Shown: positions 40,781 through 51,876, counted from the stretch's first letter. The stretch is DNA of 64,000 nucleotides from Candidatus Binatia bacterium (GCA_963664395.2 OY761159.2:4160001-4224000); one strand, 5' to 3'. A program made the numbers and translations. The notes: a model not told the origin generated them from the letters alone.

Positions 40781-42431
40781 GTCGAGACTTTTTATACTCG
40801 GTCCGCATCTCAGACTGTAGGCGACCTAAGCGATACGTCTGCCAATCGAGGAAGGTAGCGCTCCGGGCGAGGGTCGGATGGACCTCGCCGATGAGACGCC
40901 ACATCTCCTGGACAATAAAGCGATAGTCGGGGTGGCCCTGCGGCAGGGTGCGGAGTTCACCCAGATGAATGGCCTCGCGCAGGTTGAGTTTCATATACCA
41001 GCGGACCCGATAGGCAAACGGTACGACGTACTGAGCCTCGGACGGAAAATCTGCGCAGATTTTCTCATACACAGCGGCTGCCTGTTCCATGCACTCCGTA
41101 AATGGTGCCTGAAATCCCGCTTGCTTGATCTCAAGCGGCGTATCATAGCCATGTGCTGTGGTGAAATCCTGGCGCTCCTGGGTGAGTATCCTGTGTCGTT
41201 GCAGATCGCGGTAGAGTCCCAAATTACCGATGATGTCGAACGTATAATAATCGTGCTCAAGCGCGCGGCCAGGTTTGTCGCGACGATGCCGGCGTTGTCC
41301 AATATACTCGTCAAAAATCGATGTGCGCTTTTCCGGAGGCAGCTCTTTGACAATCGCCCGTAACTGACTGAGCGGAAGGCGTATGTTCGGATACAGAATA
41401 GCTGCGAGAATCTGATCTTCCGCGTCTTGGTCGTAGTCGATAAGACTGACCGGCCCAGTCGATTGAACAGCATATCCGTCCAGGAGTGTCTGCGCCAACG
41501 CCCGGGTATCAGCCGCTGTTTGCACCAAGTATTCATTACGTTGGGCACGCTTTACGAAAGATGGAATCAGAGTATTGAGGGCCGAGTGCATCGGCTCGGC
41601 AATGCCATGAGCTTCAGCAATATTCAGGGAATACAGCTTGTTGAGCAGGTGTTCAAACGCTTGGCCGACACCGAAGATGCCAACGTTCGTCAGGGTAGCT
41701 GCTGGGAGATAAGACCGAAGTATATCGCACGCTTGCGCCCTGACTGTCGAGCGATACGCGCCCTCGGCCCATCGTCTGAGGTTTTCGTCCTTTTGTGCGT
41801 CTTGATAGGTGAGGGGGTCGCCCGTTTGTGGATGTTTCCACTCAACTGTATCGATGGGTAGACTTTCTCGCACGAAGGCGATCATGGGCTCGATTTGGGC
41901 GGCATAGGTCTCGAACAAGTGGCGCATGCAGGTGAGATACGCCTTGCGATGCGACGAGCCCATGATCGTAGGTTCTTTATAGAATAGATAGTCGCCGTCC
42001 GGGCCTTTGTTATCAAACCGGACATAGCGTGTAGACTTCTCCAGCGGCGCGATGCCGATACGTGCATCTTCAAGAATCTTGGCTGCAACGTTTGAGATAT
42101 TTTCACAGGCAATATGCGCGCCACCAAGTTGAGCCACCGAGTCGTCACCGTAGCCAACCAAGACGCGGTCATAGAATGCCCGGGCCTTTTGGATTGCTTG
42201 GCTATCATCGTTTTGAGCGGCTCCGCCGCCAAACTGACTTACCGGCAGTTCCGCGTTGCCAAGAAATTCATCCAAAAAAATATGACGCAGGCCTTTTGAT
42301 GACCGGCTGTAGCGAGAGAAGAGGGCGCCGGCTACTTCCTGCGGGAGTTTAAGGCCAAAGATGGGTTCAGTCAGACTGGTGAAGAATGGGGCAAGCTTTT
42401 GCGTGTCTGCGGGAGAAAAGGCTTCGCTCAT
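40764..42431 (-). CDS. thyX: FAD-dependent thymidylate synthase, two-domain form
   Basis: ALFSRYSRS, GYGDDSVAQL, LEKSTRYV; second domain DLQRHR, ELRTLPQGHPDYR. Confidence 0.88.
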   Translation of the reverse strand: MSEAFSPADTQKLAPFFTSLTEPIFGLKLPQEVAGALFSRYSRSSKGLRHIFLDEFLGNAELPVSQFGGGAAQNDDSQAIQKARAFYDRVLVGYGDDSVAQLGGAHIACENISNVAAKILEDARIGIAPLEKSTRYVRFDNKGPDGDYLFYKEPTIMGSSHRKAYLTCMRHLFETYAAQIEPMIAFVRESLPIDTVEWKHPQTGDPLTYQDAQKDENLRRWAEGAYRSTVRAQACDILRSYLPAATLTNVGIFGVGQAFEHLLNKLYSLNIAEAHGIAEPMHSALNTLIPSFVKRAQRNEYLVQTAADTRALAQTLLDGYAVQSTGPVSLIDYDQDAEDQILAAILYPNIRLPLSQLRAIVKELPPEKRTSIFDEYIGQRRHRRDKPGRALEHDYYTFDIIGNLGLYRDLQRHRILTQERQDFTTAHGYDTPLEIKQAGFQAPFTECMEQAAAVYEKICADFPSEAQYVVPFAYRVRWYMKLNLREAIHLGELRTLPQGHPDYRFIVQEMWRLIGEVHPTLARSATFLDWQTYRLGRLQSEMRTEYKKSRLTPAT

Positions 42432-42477
42432 AACGGCGAATCGTGGCTCTGCAATCGGGCGTTCAGCAACGTGACTC

Positions 42478-42981
42478 TTATTCAAGTTCCAAAAGGAGTT
42501 CTCCAGACTCGACCGTCTGGCCCGCCTCAACGTGAACGGCTTTGACCGTTCCGGCAATGGTAGCGCGGATTTCGTTTTCCATTTTCATGGCTTCGATGAT
42601 GATTACGCCTTGGTCTTTTTCCACTGCATCGCCCGCATGAACCAGGAGTTCGACCACTTTACCCGGCATCATCGAACAGACTTCTTTTTCCCCCGCTCCC
42701 CTCAGACTCGCGCCGACTCCGCCCCGGCGGGCTTTGCGTTCATCGAGCACACCGACCTGAAAGCTTTTGCCCTCATAGGCGACTGTATATTCATCGTCCT
42801 TTTCCGCTACATCGACTGTAAACGACTGGTTCTCAACAATGAGCGAGTACATATGGCCGGTCAATTGTCTGCCATCGATAATATGCTCTTCATCGTCGAT
42901 TACTATTTTGTACTGGTGCTCGTCCAACTCGTGTACGCTGATGGTATAGGTTTGGTCGCCGAGCGTTGCTTTATAGGCCAT
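42478..42981 (-). CDS. Biotin carboxyl carrier subunit
   Basis: EAMKMENE biotinylation motif. Confidence 0.93.
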   Translation of the reverse strand: MAYKATLGDQTYTISVHELDEHQYKIVIDDEEHIIDGRQLTGHMYSLIVENQSFTVDVAEKDDEYTVAYEGKSFQVGVLDERKARRGGVGASLRGAGEKEVCSMMPGKVVELLVHAGDAVEKDQGVIIIEAMKMENEIRATIAGTVKAVHVEAGQTVESGELLLELE

Positions 42982-43084
42982 AAAGATGCAGTCCTTGACT
43001 GTAATTTTTATGAATATACAGGATTTACGCTGATTCCCTCTGGGAGAGGGCTAGGACTCTTTTTTTGACATTGCTTTTCGTTCG

Positions 43085-44590
43085 CTAACGGACACCTTCG
43101 CGCCAGCTCGCGGCGCGCCACGCGGAGACGTTTCCAGCGCTTCCCTTCGTGACGGCGACCGATTTGGCCAGTTCCTTATCCTTGTGATAGGCGGCGAGGG
43201 CCGCGGCCGCCAGGATGATCTCGTGCCGGAGGTGGTCTTCTTCTTCAGGCAGACCTCTGTATTCCTGAGGAATAAAGCCAGTGTCCAAGTCGCCCGCCAC
43301 AAAGCGTGGATGGGTCAGGGCCCAGCGGTGAAAAGGAATATTGGTGATAATCCCTTCAACGGTGTATTCTTGGAGCGCCCGCAGCATGCGTTGGATGGCT
43401 TCGTCCCGGGTGCGACCATAGGTACACAGCTTGGAGATCATTGGGTCGTAATGGACCGGGACCTCCCAGCCTTCATACACGCCGCTGTCATCGCGGATGC
43501 CATAGCCGCCAGGGGTGCGTAAGATTTGTATTTTTCCTGGGGACGGAAGGAAGTCCCGAGCCGGGTCCTCGGCATAAATCCGACATTCAATCGCCCAGCC
43601 GCGCTGTTGTACCTCTTGTTGCTGTATGGCCAGTGGCTCTCCGGCGGCAATCTCGATTTGGGCTTTGACCAAATCCACTCCAGTGACGAGTTCAGTAATG
43701 GGATGCTCGACTTGGATGCGGGTGTTCATCTCCAGAAAATAGAAATTTTGCTGGGCATCAACCAGAAACTCTACGGTTCCGGCCCCAACATAATGCACGG
43801 CCTTGGCTGCCTCAACCGCAACTTTGCCCATTTGCTCGCGTACGTCTTGATTAATTGCAGTCGAAGGTGACTCTTCAATCACCTTTTGGTGCCGACGTTG
43901 CAGTGAACATTCGCGTTCGTACAAATGGATAATATTGCCGTGCGTATCGCCCAACACCTGGACTTCAACGTGGCGTGGCTTTTCGACAAATTTCTCTATA
44001 TACATGCGGTCATCGCCAAACGATGATTGCGCTTCAGAGCGCACCCCACGCAGGGCGGACAGCACGTCTTCTTTTTTCTCAACCAGCCGCATACCTTTGC
44101 CGCCGCCGCCGGCCGAGGCCTTGAACATGACGGGAAACCCTATTTTTTCCGCGGCGGCAACAACTTCGTCTGCATCGCCTAGCACATCGGTACCGGGCAC
44201 AACTGGGACTTGCGCTTTCTGCATAATGGCCCGCGCGGTTACCTTATCGCCCATCTTTTCAATAGCTTCAGGTTGCGGACCAATAAAAGTAATGCCAGCC
44301 TCAGCACATGCTTTGGAAAACGGAGCGCGTTCAGACAGAAAGCCGTAACCTGGATGAATAGCGTCCGCACCGCTTTTTCTGGCCGCGTCGAGGATTTTTT
44401 CAACAACAAGATAGCTCTCTGAAGACGGGGCTGGGCCAATCGGATAGGCATGGTCTGCGTATTGGACGTGCAAGGCTGAGCGGTCCACGTCCGAGTAGAC
44501 GGCAACGGTTTCAATGCCGAGTTCACGGCAGGCGCGGATGACTCGAACGGCGATTTCTCCCCGATTTGCGATCAGTACACGTTTGAACAT
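43085..44590 (-). CDS. accC: Biotin carboxylase subunit (acetyl/propionyl-CoA carboxylase)
   Basis: ANRGEIA, HPGYGFLSE, GGGGKGMR, EMNTRIQVEH. Confidence 0.93.
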   Translation of the reverse strand: MFKRVLIANRGEIAVRVIRACRELGIETVAVYSDVDRSALHVQYADHAYPIGPAPSSESYLVVEKILDAARKSGADAIHPGYGFLSERAPFSKACAEAGITFIGPQPEAIEKMGDKVTARAIMQKAQVPVVPGTDVLGDADEVVAAAEKIGFPVMFKASAGGGGKGMRLVEKKEDVLSALRGVRSEAQSSFGDDRMYIEKFVEKPRHVEVQVLGDTHGNIIHLYERECSLQRRHQKVIEESPSTAINQDVREQMGKVAVEAAKAVHYVGAGTVEFLVDAQQNFYFLEMNTRIQVEHPITELVTGVDLVKAQIEIAAGEPLAIQQQEVQQRGWAIECRIYAEDPARDFLPSPGKIQILRTPGGYGIRDDSGVYEGWEVPVHYDPMISKLCTYGRTRDEAIQRMLRALQEYTVEGIITNIPFHRWALTHPRFVAGDLDTGFIPQEYRGLPEEEDHLRHEIILAAAALAAYHKDKELAKSVAVTKGSAGNVSAWRAASWREGVR

Positions 44591-44665
44591 AAGTCCTACC
44601 TTGGCGGGCTTAGGAGCTGGGGTGTCGTGATTGTTTGCGCATCCCTCATCCGTAGTCTGTCTCCC

Positions 44666-46216
44666 TTATAAGGGTATATTCCCATGCTTCTTGGGTGGAT
44701 TTTTCTCACGCTTGTTCTGCAGCATATTGAGCGATTGGACGAGGCGGGGACGGGTATCCGCCGGCATAATGATTTCATCAATATAGCCTAACTCGGCTGC
44801 TTTGAACGGATTGGCAAACGTCTCGCGGTATTCGTCAACTAATTTGGTCCGCTCGGCGTCTTGGTCGCTCGCGTCTTTGATTGCATTACGGAAAATGATG
44901 CTGACCGCACCGTCCGGACCCATGACCGCGATTTCGCCGGCCGGATAGGATAGATTAATATCACCTCGAGTGGCCTTACTCGACATGACGACATAGGCAC
45001 CGCCGTACGCTTTGCGCGTAATGACTGAAATCTTTGGCACGGTTGCTTCGCAGTAGGCGTATAGCAGCTTTGCGCCGTGACGAATAATGCCGCCGTATTC
45101 TTGGGACGTCCCCGGTAGAAAGCCCGGCACGTCGATAAAGCTCACAATGGGAATGTTAAAACAATCGCAAAAACGGACGAACCGCGCGCCTTTGACCGAG
45201 GCATCAATATCGAGCACTCCAGCCAGAAAGGCTGGCTGATTGGCGACGATGCCGACTGGCTTGCCACCGAGCCGGGCAAACCCAACGACGATGTTTCGAG
45301 CATAGTCTTTCTGGACTTCGAAGAAATGATGTTCGTCCGCTACCAACTGAATGATTTCTATGACATCGTACGGCCGGTTGGGGTTATCCGGAACAATATG
45401 GTTGAGTTTTTCATCTCGCCGATTCGGGTCATCTGTGGTCGGCTGAAACGGCGGATCTTCCATATTATTGCTGGGGAGATAGCTCAGCAGCTCGCGAATC
45501 GAGTGAAAGCATTCGTCTTCATCAGGGGAAGCAAAATGGGCGACCCCGCTGGTCGCATTATGCGTGACCGCCCCACCCAACTCCTGCATGGTCACTTCTT
45601 CATGCGTGACCGTCTTAATGACATCCGGCCCGGTGATGAACATATAGCTGGAATTCTCAACCATGAAGATAAAGTCTGTCATGGCAGGAGAATAGACAGC
45701 TCCTCCGGCACAGGGACCCATGATGGCGGATATTTGAGGCACGACGCCTGAGCTGAGGACGTTGCGGAGAAAGATTTCTCCATAGCCGGCCAGACTTTCT
45801 ACACCTTCCTGAATCCGAGCGCCGCCGGAGTCATTGATACCAATAACCGGGCAGCCCGTTTTTACGGCCAGGTCCATGACTTTACATACTTTTTCGGAAA
45901 ATGCGCTGGAGAGGCTGCCGCCAAAAACCGTGAAGTCCTGCGAAAAAACAAAAACCTGACGGCCATCGACTGTGCCATAGCCGGTTACGACACCATCACC
46001 TGGAATCTTGGTTTGATCCATTTCAAAGTCAGTGCAGCGATGGGTTTTAAGCCGGTCCAATTCAACAAAACTGCCTGGATCAAGAAATGCGTCGATCCGC
46101 TCCCGGGCTGTTTTTTTGCCGAGTTCGTGTTGACGTTCGATACGTTTTGCGCCGCCACCCTGGAGGGCTTGCTGGTTGAGGTTTTCAAGCCTGTCGATGG
46201 TTTCCTTTAGGCCCAT
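44666..46216 (-). CDS. pccB: Acyl-CoA carboxylase carboxyltransferase (PccB-like)
   Basis: [46 protein letters not shown]. Confidence 0.93.
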   Translation of the reverse strand: MGLKETIDRLENLNQQALQGGGAKRIERQHELGKKTARERIDAFLDPGSFVELDRLKTHRCTDFEMDQTKIPGDGVVTGYGTVDGRQVFVFSQDFTVFGGSLSSAFSEKVCKVMDLAVKTGCPVIGINDSGGARIQEGVESLAGYGEIFLRNVLSSGVVPQISAIMGPCAGGAVYSPAMTDFIFMVENSSYMFITGPDVIKTVTHEEVTMQELGGAVTHNATSGVAHFASPDEDECFHSIRELLSYLPSNNMEDPPFQPTTDDPNRRDEKLNHIVPDNPNRPYDVIEIIQLVADEHHFFEVQKDYARNIVVGFARLGGKPVGIVANQPAFLAGVLDIDASVKGARFVRFCDCFNIPIVSFIDVPGFLPGTSQEYGGIIRHGAKLLYAYCEATVPKISVITRKAYGGAYVVMSSKATRGDINLSYPAGEIAVMGPDGAVSIIFRNAIKDASDQDAERTKLVDEYRETFANPFKAAELGYIDEIIMPADTRPRLVQSLNMLQNKREKNPPKKHGNIPL

Positions 46217-46418
46217 ACTCTTTCCTATTCTCCGATTTGTAAAGTCGCGCGACCCTGGTCTTGTATTATGCGAGACAAAAAAGATCAAGGAAGGGGTGGT
46301 CAGGTTCTGGTGTGTCCCAGGCCGCACTATATGGCCGAAAACGAGAACCAAGAGGGGGGCGATGCGGGGGGACTTGTCGCCGTGTCGTTATGGGCATCGC
46401 CAAAATTATCGCTCTGGA

Positions 46419-47657
46419 TTATCGCTGTTTGGCGCTTTCCTGCTCGATGAGTCTGAGCCATTGGCGAGCTTGCTTGGCCGAGGGTTTGTGAGCAGCAGCC
46501 TCACTGAAGGCTGCTTTGCTCTCGTCCAGTTTTCCGGACCGGTACTCGGCAATACCAAGCAGCATGAATGCCTTTCCCGTATTGGCCAGCCCGCCTTTTC
46601 TCAACCCTTCGGAGACAGTCGTGGCAACTTCCGGCCAACGTTCCAATTGGACGAGTATCTCGGCACGCTGGAGATCAACCCTGCCCGTCTGCGTACTTTG
46701 AGCGCTTTGCTCAAGGACATCCAACGCGCGCTGACTCTCTCTCGCGTGGAGCAAACAGGTAACGAGTAATGCGCGATTGGCATCCGCGTCTTGCACGATC
46801 TTTTTCTTCAATCCATCCGCCAACAGGTCCGCGGCTTTGTACGGCAAGCCGAGATGGAGGTAGTATTGCACTACCTGTAGGGCTTCCCGCTCATTCAGAA
46901 TGCCTAATTTGTAGGCCATCGCAAGGGTTGAAACGGCTCGTTTATGCTTTTCCTCCTGGCCGTAAATCTGTGAGAGTTGCTGCCAGTAGGTTTTTTTCTC
47001 TGGATACTGACCGAGCAATTGCTGGAGTGTGGAGGCAGCCTGGGAGAATTTCTTCTGCTCAATCTGAACGACAACCAACAGTTGGTACCATGACTCGTGG
47101 AATGTCGTCGTCTCGCCAATGGCCTTCCTGATATGTTGCTCAGCAGGGGCGTAACGTTTGAGATGCATATATGCCTGGGCAAGCGAAACATGAGCCTGGG
47201 GACTGGGGTTCTCCTCGTTGGCCAGCCATTTTTCCAGAATATGCGCTCCCTCTTCGTAACGCTCGGTGATAATCAGCATTTGGGCCAGATTGTATCGAAC
47301 GATCTGTGCGTTGTCTGGCTGCAAGGCTTCGCCGGCCAAGCTTTTCTGAAAGGCGGTCACCGCTTGATCGTATTGATCCAGGCCGGCATGAGCGTATCCC
47401 AGAGTTTGCTGTACAAGAGCGGCTTCATATGGACTCAACTCGGTGTTTGTTGCGAGTGCCCGTAATTGCGTCAAGGCTTTTTGAGGCCGTTCGCTTTGTA
47501 TCAACTCCTGCACTTCTACGAGCTGCTCGTAGACCCCTTGTGACAGACGCGGTTCTTCACCGACAGCGGTTCCGGGTAGGACCAAACAAAAATATACTAC
47601 TCCCATGCCGCAAATCGCGCGAAGCCAACCTGCGATGTGGCAAGCTTTCCCGATCAA
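46419..47657 (-). CDS. TPR protein of the TonB system (TtpD-like)
   Basis: Signal peptide plus TPR helices; last gene of the TonB cluster. Confidence 0.8.
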   Translation of the reverse strand: MIGKACHIAGWLRAICGMGVVYFCLVLPGTAVGEEPRLSQGVYEQLVEVQELIQSERPQKALTQLRALATNTELSPYEAALVQQTLGYAHAGLDQYDQAVTAFQKSLAGEALQPDNAQIVRYNLAQMLIITERYEEGAHILEKWLANEENPSPQAHVSLAQAYMHLKRYAPAEQHIRKAIGETTTFHESWYQLLVVVQIEQKKFSQAASTLQQLLGQYPEKKTYWQQLSQIYGQEEKHKRAVSTLAMAYKLGILNEREALQVVQYYLHLGLPYKAADLLADGLKKKIVQDADANRALLVTCLLHARESQRALDVLEQSAQSTQTGRVDLQRAEILVQLERWPEVATTVSEGLRKGGLANTGKAFMLLGIAEYRSGKLDESKAAFSEAAAHKPSAKQARQWLRLIEQESAKQR

Positions 47658-47659
47658 AA

Positions 47660-48295
47660 TCAGCCTCCTCCCAAAGCAAACTCAATCCGCTGTGACGCCC
47701 GCGACTCAACCTCCCGGCCATTTTCTACGCGCGGTTTGAATTTCCACTGGACAATGGCTTGCAGCGCGGCCCTATCGAAAACTTTGGGAGGGTCGGATTT
47801 GATAATCACGGGCTCGGTCACGCTGCCACCCGTAGTAATGGTGAACTCAACCGTGACGGAGCCTTCAATCTGAAGACGCGCGGCACGTCCTGGATAGCGG
47901 GGCGGTACCCGGACCAGGGGCATCAACTCATGACCTGACAGGACCGTTTGTTGGCTGATAGGTGCAGACAGGGGGGTCATATCAAGCAAAGGACCCGAAG
48001 AAATGGCCGCCGTTATATGAATATCCGGTGCCGGGAGTTGGGGCTGGTTTGTCGCCTGTAATGCGAAACTCGGGGTCGGCGGGGCTTCGGGCAGGGGTGG
48101 CTCCTTGGGTGGTTCTCGATCATCTCTCGGGGGGGGCTGGAACTCGGGTGGGAGACGGACGAAATCAACAATCGGGTAGGTATCCGGGCGCAGGCGCGGG
48201 CGCTGGGAACGTGCAATCATCGCTTGCATAGCCAGAAACAGCAGGCCGACAATGAGCAGGCCGACCACACCTGACACGACGTTTCGCCCGAACAT
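47660..48295 (-). CDS. tonB: Energy transducer TonB
   Basis: N-terminal TM, Pro-rich linker, PRYP...IEGSVTVEFTI...FDRAAL..WKFKP. Confidence 0.92.
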   Translation of the reverse strand: MFGRNVVSGVVGLLIVGLLFLAMQAMIARSQRPRLRPDTYPIVDFVRLPPEFQPPPRDDREPPKEPPLPEAPPTPSFALQATNQPQLPAPDIHITAAISSGPLLDMTPLSAPISQQTVLSGHELMPLVRVPPRYPGRAARLQIEGSVTVEFTITTGGSVTEPVIIKSDPPKVFDRAALQAIVQWKFKPRVENGREVESRASQRIEFALGGG

Positions 48296-48297
48296 CC

Positions 48298-48702
48298 TCA
48301 GCCCTCCTGTCGGGCGGCAACCGCGATATCAGTCACACCGGCCAAGCGGACTTGATCCATGACCTGCACCAGCAGTCCGGTATGTGCTGTGGCATCGGCT
48401 AATACCACGACGCTGGCCTCAGGGCTTTCGGCTAGCATACGCTCCACGTTTGCCCGGACGGCTCGAATATCGATTGAGCGGCGCTCCATCCATACCTCGC
48501 CTGCTTCTGAGAGAGCAATGCGAATCGTACCACGCCCTTGCGTCTGCGCAGTCTGAGCGACGGGCCGGTTGACCTCAATCCCGGCTTCCTTCACGAACGA
48601 GGACGCCACAAGAAAGAAGATAAGGAGGATGAACACCATATCTATCATCGGAGTCAGATTGATCTGGGGGTCAGTGTCATGTCTGTCCCGGCGACGTCTC
48701 AT
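48298..48702 (-). CDS. exbD: Biopolymer transporter ExbD
   Basis: INLTPMIDMVFILLIFF. Confidence 0.95.
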   Translation of the reverse strand: MRRRRDRHDTDPQINLTPMIDMVFILLIFFLVASSFVKEAGIEVNRPVAQTAQTQGRGTIRIALSEAGEVWMERRSIDIRAVRANVERMLAESPEASVVVLADATAHTGLLVQVMDQVRLAGVTDIAVAARQEG

Positions 48703-48728
48703 TGCAGTACCATCCTTACCGTATCGTC

Positions 48729-49247
48729 TTACTCTATATGTAAGCGACTTGTTATCTTCCGAACAGATTTTAGCGCTCTCCGGTCTAAGCTGGAACTGAA
48801 ATAGAGTCCGGGAACGGCACAGACCAACCCGGCCATGGTCGTTACCAGCGCTTCGGAAATTCCGCTGGCCAAACCGTTGGCATTGCCTGTTCCAAACAAT
48901 TGCATGACGGTAAAAGTGAAAATCATGCCATTCACTGTTCCCAGGAGTCCTAAGATGGGCAGCATGATGGTCAGGCTCCGAATCAGAGGAAGACCCCTGC
49001 GGAGCTGATAGTTCACCTCAACGATCTCCATCCTGCGAATCTGGAGAGCATACCACGACTGGTGGTCGATCCGTGCCTGCCAGCGAGAGACGACCTCATT
49101 TTCGAGAGATGGATAATGCGTCCAAAAGAATACAAAGCGTTCGATAATGAGTGCCCACAGAGCGATAGCAACCACAAAGATGGCCCATAGGGCCAGCCCG
49201 CCGGTCGCAAAAAATTGCTGAAGTAGATCAAAAAGATTATAGAGCAT
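48729..49247 (-). CDS. exbB: ExbB/MotA/TolQ proton channel
   Basis: PILGLLGTVNGMI, GISEALVTT. Confidence 0.9.
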   Translation of the reverse strand: MLYNLFDLLQQFFATGGLALWAIFVVAIALWALIIERFVFFWTHYPSLENEVVSRWQARIDHQSWYALQIRRMEIVEVNYQLRRGLPLIRSLTIMLPILGLLGTVNGMIFTFTVMQLFGTGNANGLASGISEALVTTMAGLVCAVPGLYFSSSLDRRALKSVRKITSRLHIE

Positions 49248-50607
49248 CAGGAATGGGCTTATCCGTCCGCCCTGCCAGCAGGGCAATCATCCCTGCACTC
49301 TGTTCTTCTAATGTATGCAGCAGGCGGCCACTCTTGCTGGATAACAGGGAATGCAGGAGGACAATCGGAATCGCGACGCTTAACCCAAGCTGGGTGGTCA
49401 CGAGTGCTTGTGAAATTCCATCCGACATGACACGTGGGTCGCCCGCACCAAACAGGGTGATGGACTGAAAGGTGTCAATCATGCCGACGACTGTACCGAG
49501 CAGGCCGAGCAGCGGAGCAACCGCGGCAAAAATTCCAAGCGTCCCCAGGCCGCGTTCAATACGTGGAATTTGTTCGAGGATCGCTTCTTCCAGGCGGGCT
49601 TCGAGGGTTTCGACACTTTGATCCTTGTCGTACTCATACACAAGCATGACGCGCCCCAAGGCGTTGTCGGTTTTGAGCTCATCCATTTTGCGTTGTGCAT
49701 CCATGCGCCGGCCTTCCCGCCACAGATACACCGCGCGCTCTACAATCAACCCTGCGGCGATCAGACCGAGGGCAAGGATAACAAAACCAATGACGCCGCC
49801 TTGCTCAATCCGTTCCCACGCGTTCGGACTTTGCACAAGAGCCGCCAGAATGGCCCCTCGGGACGGGTCAACCCCAAAAGTGCTATACGCTTCTGTCGCC
49901 TGCTCGAGTTCTTGTGCGGCGCTGATATAACGCCCTTCCGGCTGGCGTGCCAGCTCGGCAAGCTGGTGTGTCTCCGGCACATAGCGGAGATATTTGCCGC
50001 CAGAGACGCTGTTGAATGTCCCGACCCGGACAACTTCTCTGTCTGATTGGGTGCCATCTGCCTCGGTCACAGTCGTGGAAAATTTCACCACCTGTCCGGA
50101 CTGCGTCATTTCTTCCAACAGGACGATCCACAACCGCTCGAGCTCTTCCAGCGAGGCGAGTTCCGTGCTCTCGGCGATGGTGTTGAGAAAATCGGCTCGG
50201 TCGCCGGACTGAATGGAAACGAACGACCCCTCTAGCATCCCTGCCGTATCCCGTGAGATCTGTCGTACTACGCCGAACAGTTCCCCCAGTGAGGCCGCCC
50301 GCTCGCTGAGTTGACTACGGAGTTCTACCAGATTGTCTTCGTTGTTTCTGAAGGTCGCCTGTTTTTCTTGACTCTGTTGTTTGATACTGGCAAGCTCTTT
50401 CTCGGCCTGCTTCAGCAGGTTTTGTCGTTGGTCACGTTCTGCCATGAAACGAGCCTCGCGCTCGCGATGCAGTTTGGAGTCGGCCTGCCGCTCAACACGG
50501 ACTCGATCGAATAATTCCTGGAGAGATTTGGGGCCTTCTTGCGCGAAAACATCCGGTCGCGGGGACACGACCAGGAAGAGCAACACACTCCATTGAAGTA
50601 TTTTCAC
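49237..50607 (-). CDS. Long ExbB-like protein (TtpC-like)
   Basis: Periplasmic coiled-coil N-region, RVGTFN, DPSRG, C-terminal APLLGLLGTVVGMI. Confidence 0.85.
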   Translation of the reverse strand: MKILQWSVLLFLVVSPRPDVFAQEGPKSLQELFDRVRVERQADSKLHREREARFMAERDQRQNLLKQAEKELASIKQQSQEKQATFRNNEDNLVELRSQLSERAASLGELFGVVRQISRDTAGMLEGSFVSIQSGDRADFLNTIAESTELASLEELERLWIVLLEEMTQSGQVVKFSTTVTEADGTQSDREVVRVGTFNSVSGGKYLRYVPETHQLAELARQPEGRYISAAQELEQATEAYSTFGVDPSRGAILAALVQSPNAWERIEQGGVIGFVILALGLIAAGLIVERAVYLWREGRRMDAQRKMDELKTDNALGRVMLVYEYDKDQSVETLEARLEEAILEQIPRIERGLGTLGIFAAVAPLLGLLGTVVGMIDTFQSITLFGAGDPRVMSDGISQALVTTQLGLSVAIPIVLLHSLLSSKSGRLLHTLEEQSAGMIALLAGRTDKPIPDAL

Positions 50608-51380
50608 GGGGTCGCCTCACTCGGAGCTGGAACGGGGAGCATCAGTAGGTTGGGAACTGATTGTTTCGCCGCTATCTGTAACCCCCGCTTGATGGGGCGG
50701 CGATAGCTACTCGGCAGGGCTTCCCACTCCTGGGTGTTACGATTCCAGTGTCCTACCTCTTGACCATCCAGGCTTTGGTAGAGCAGGGCCAGCCGGCCGA
50801 CCCGCAAAAAGTCAACCGTGCGCTCCTGACCGTCAATGATCACTGGCCCGCGATAGGCCTCAAGCGTCCGGCCATAGTCCGTCTCAATCTGATACGCTTC
50901 CATGATGCTGCGATACTTCTCGGTAACCGTCAGGTCCGATTGATCGAAGGTGTTGCGGAGACGAGTCAGCCGCTCTTGGCGTTCTTTGGGTAAAAAGGGA
51001 ATATCCAGGGCGACAAACTGGACGAGATTGTCAAGCATGCGTACCAGCAAGGGCACGATGTCGCGCTGGGTCACTTCGATCTCTTGCAGTTGGGTTTCGA
51101 GCGATGCCGCTTCTTTCTGTTGGGAGTCCAGTAAACGGTCGAGCTGCTCAACATAGACTCGAAGACTTTCCGTCTGGCGGACGGTGCTCTGATAGGTACT
51201 GAGCATGCGCTGTGTTTCATCTGCAAGCGCATCGATGGTGTCTTGAGAGCGGATGGCCTCCGTCACCGTAGTGCTTTGCGTTTCTATCAGTTTTTCAAGC
51301 GGCTGGGCACTGACGCGCTCTGACCAGCCGATAAAACAGGTCCACATAAGCAGCCCTGCAAGGTATGTCTTATGTGTCAT
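50604..51380 (-). CDS. DUF3450 protein (TtpB-like)
   Basis: Signal peptide, coiled coil, DIPFL..ER..R, EAYQIETDYGR, FLRVGRLAL. Confidence 0.85.
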   Translation of the reverse strand: MTHKTYLAGLLMWTCFIGWSERVSAQPLEKLIETQSTTVTEAIRSQDTIDALADETQRMLSTYQSTVRQTESLRVYVEQLDRLLDSQQKEAASLETQLQEIEVTQRDIVPLLVRMLDNLVQFVALDIPFLPKERQERLTRLRNTFDQSDLTVTEKYRSIMEAYQIETDYGRTLEAYRGPVIIDGQERTVDFLRVGRLALLYQSLDGQEVGHWNRNTQEWEALPSSYRRPIKRGLQIAAKQSVPNLLMLPVPAPSEATP

Positions 51381-51504
51381 AATTCTCCTGCGTTTCCTGT
51401 AGTGAACCGCCTCGGCAGAGGCGGTATGTAGCCAGTAGTAAGGATTGCTAATACACTGGGGTGCATAAGTCAATCTCTGCGTGCAACAGCACTACAAAGC
51501 ATCC

Positions 51505-51876
51505 TTATTCGACAGTTTTGGCATAGAGTTGTGACGCATCGACGTAGATCAGATACTCGTGGATCAAATTGCCCCGCATTCTGAACACATTGGCAAATGG
51601 GACTCGGAGTTGGCTGGAATCGTGGCGAGTATAGGTGACGATGCCCTGGCACGCTGTCGCCCCTTCCTTCTCCCACGTATCCAAGACGTCGTGCTGAATG
51701 GCCTTAATGCTGGATAGAAATTCGGCCACCGTTTGACGCGCAGCCTCTCTCCCGACGGCTGGCTCTTGGTTGGCAAACTTAAAAGTAGCGTCAGGGGTGA
51801 GGAAGGTCGCAAAAGTATCTGGATCGTTGGTGTCAATTGATTGAAACAAACGCGTAATCCATCCCGCTGTTGCCAT
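51505..51876 (-). CDS. SnoaL/NTF2-like protein
   Basis: FATFLTPDATFKFAN...GREA...IHEYLIYVD. Confidence 0.85.
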   Translation of the reverse strand: MATAGWITRLFQSIDTNDPDTFATFLTPDATFKFANQEPAVGREAARQTVAEFLSSIKAIQHDVLDTWEKEGATACQGIVTYTRHDSSQLRVPFANVFRMRGNLIHEYLIYVDASQLYAKTVE

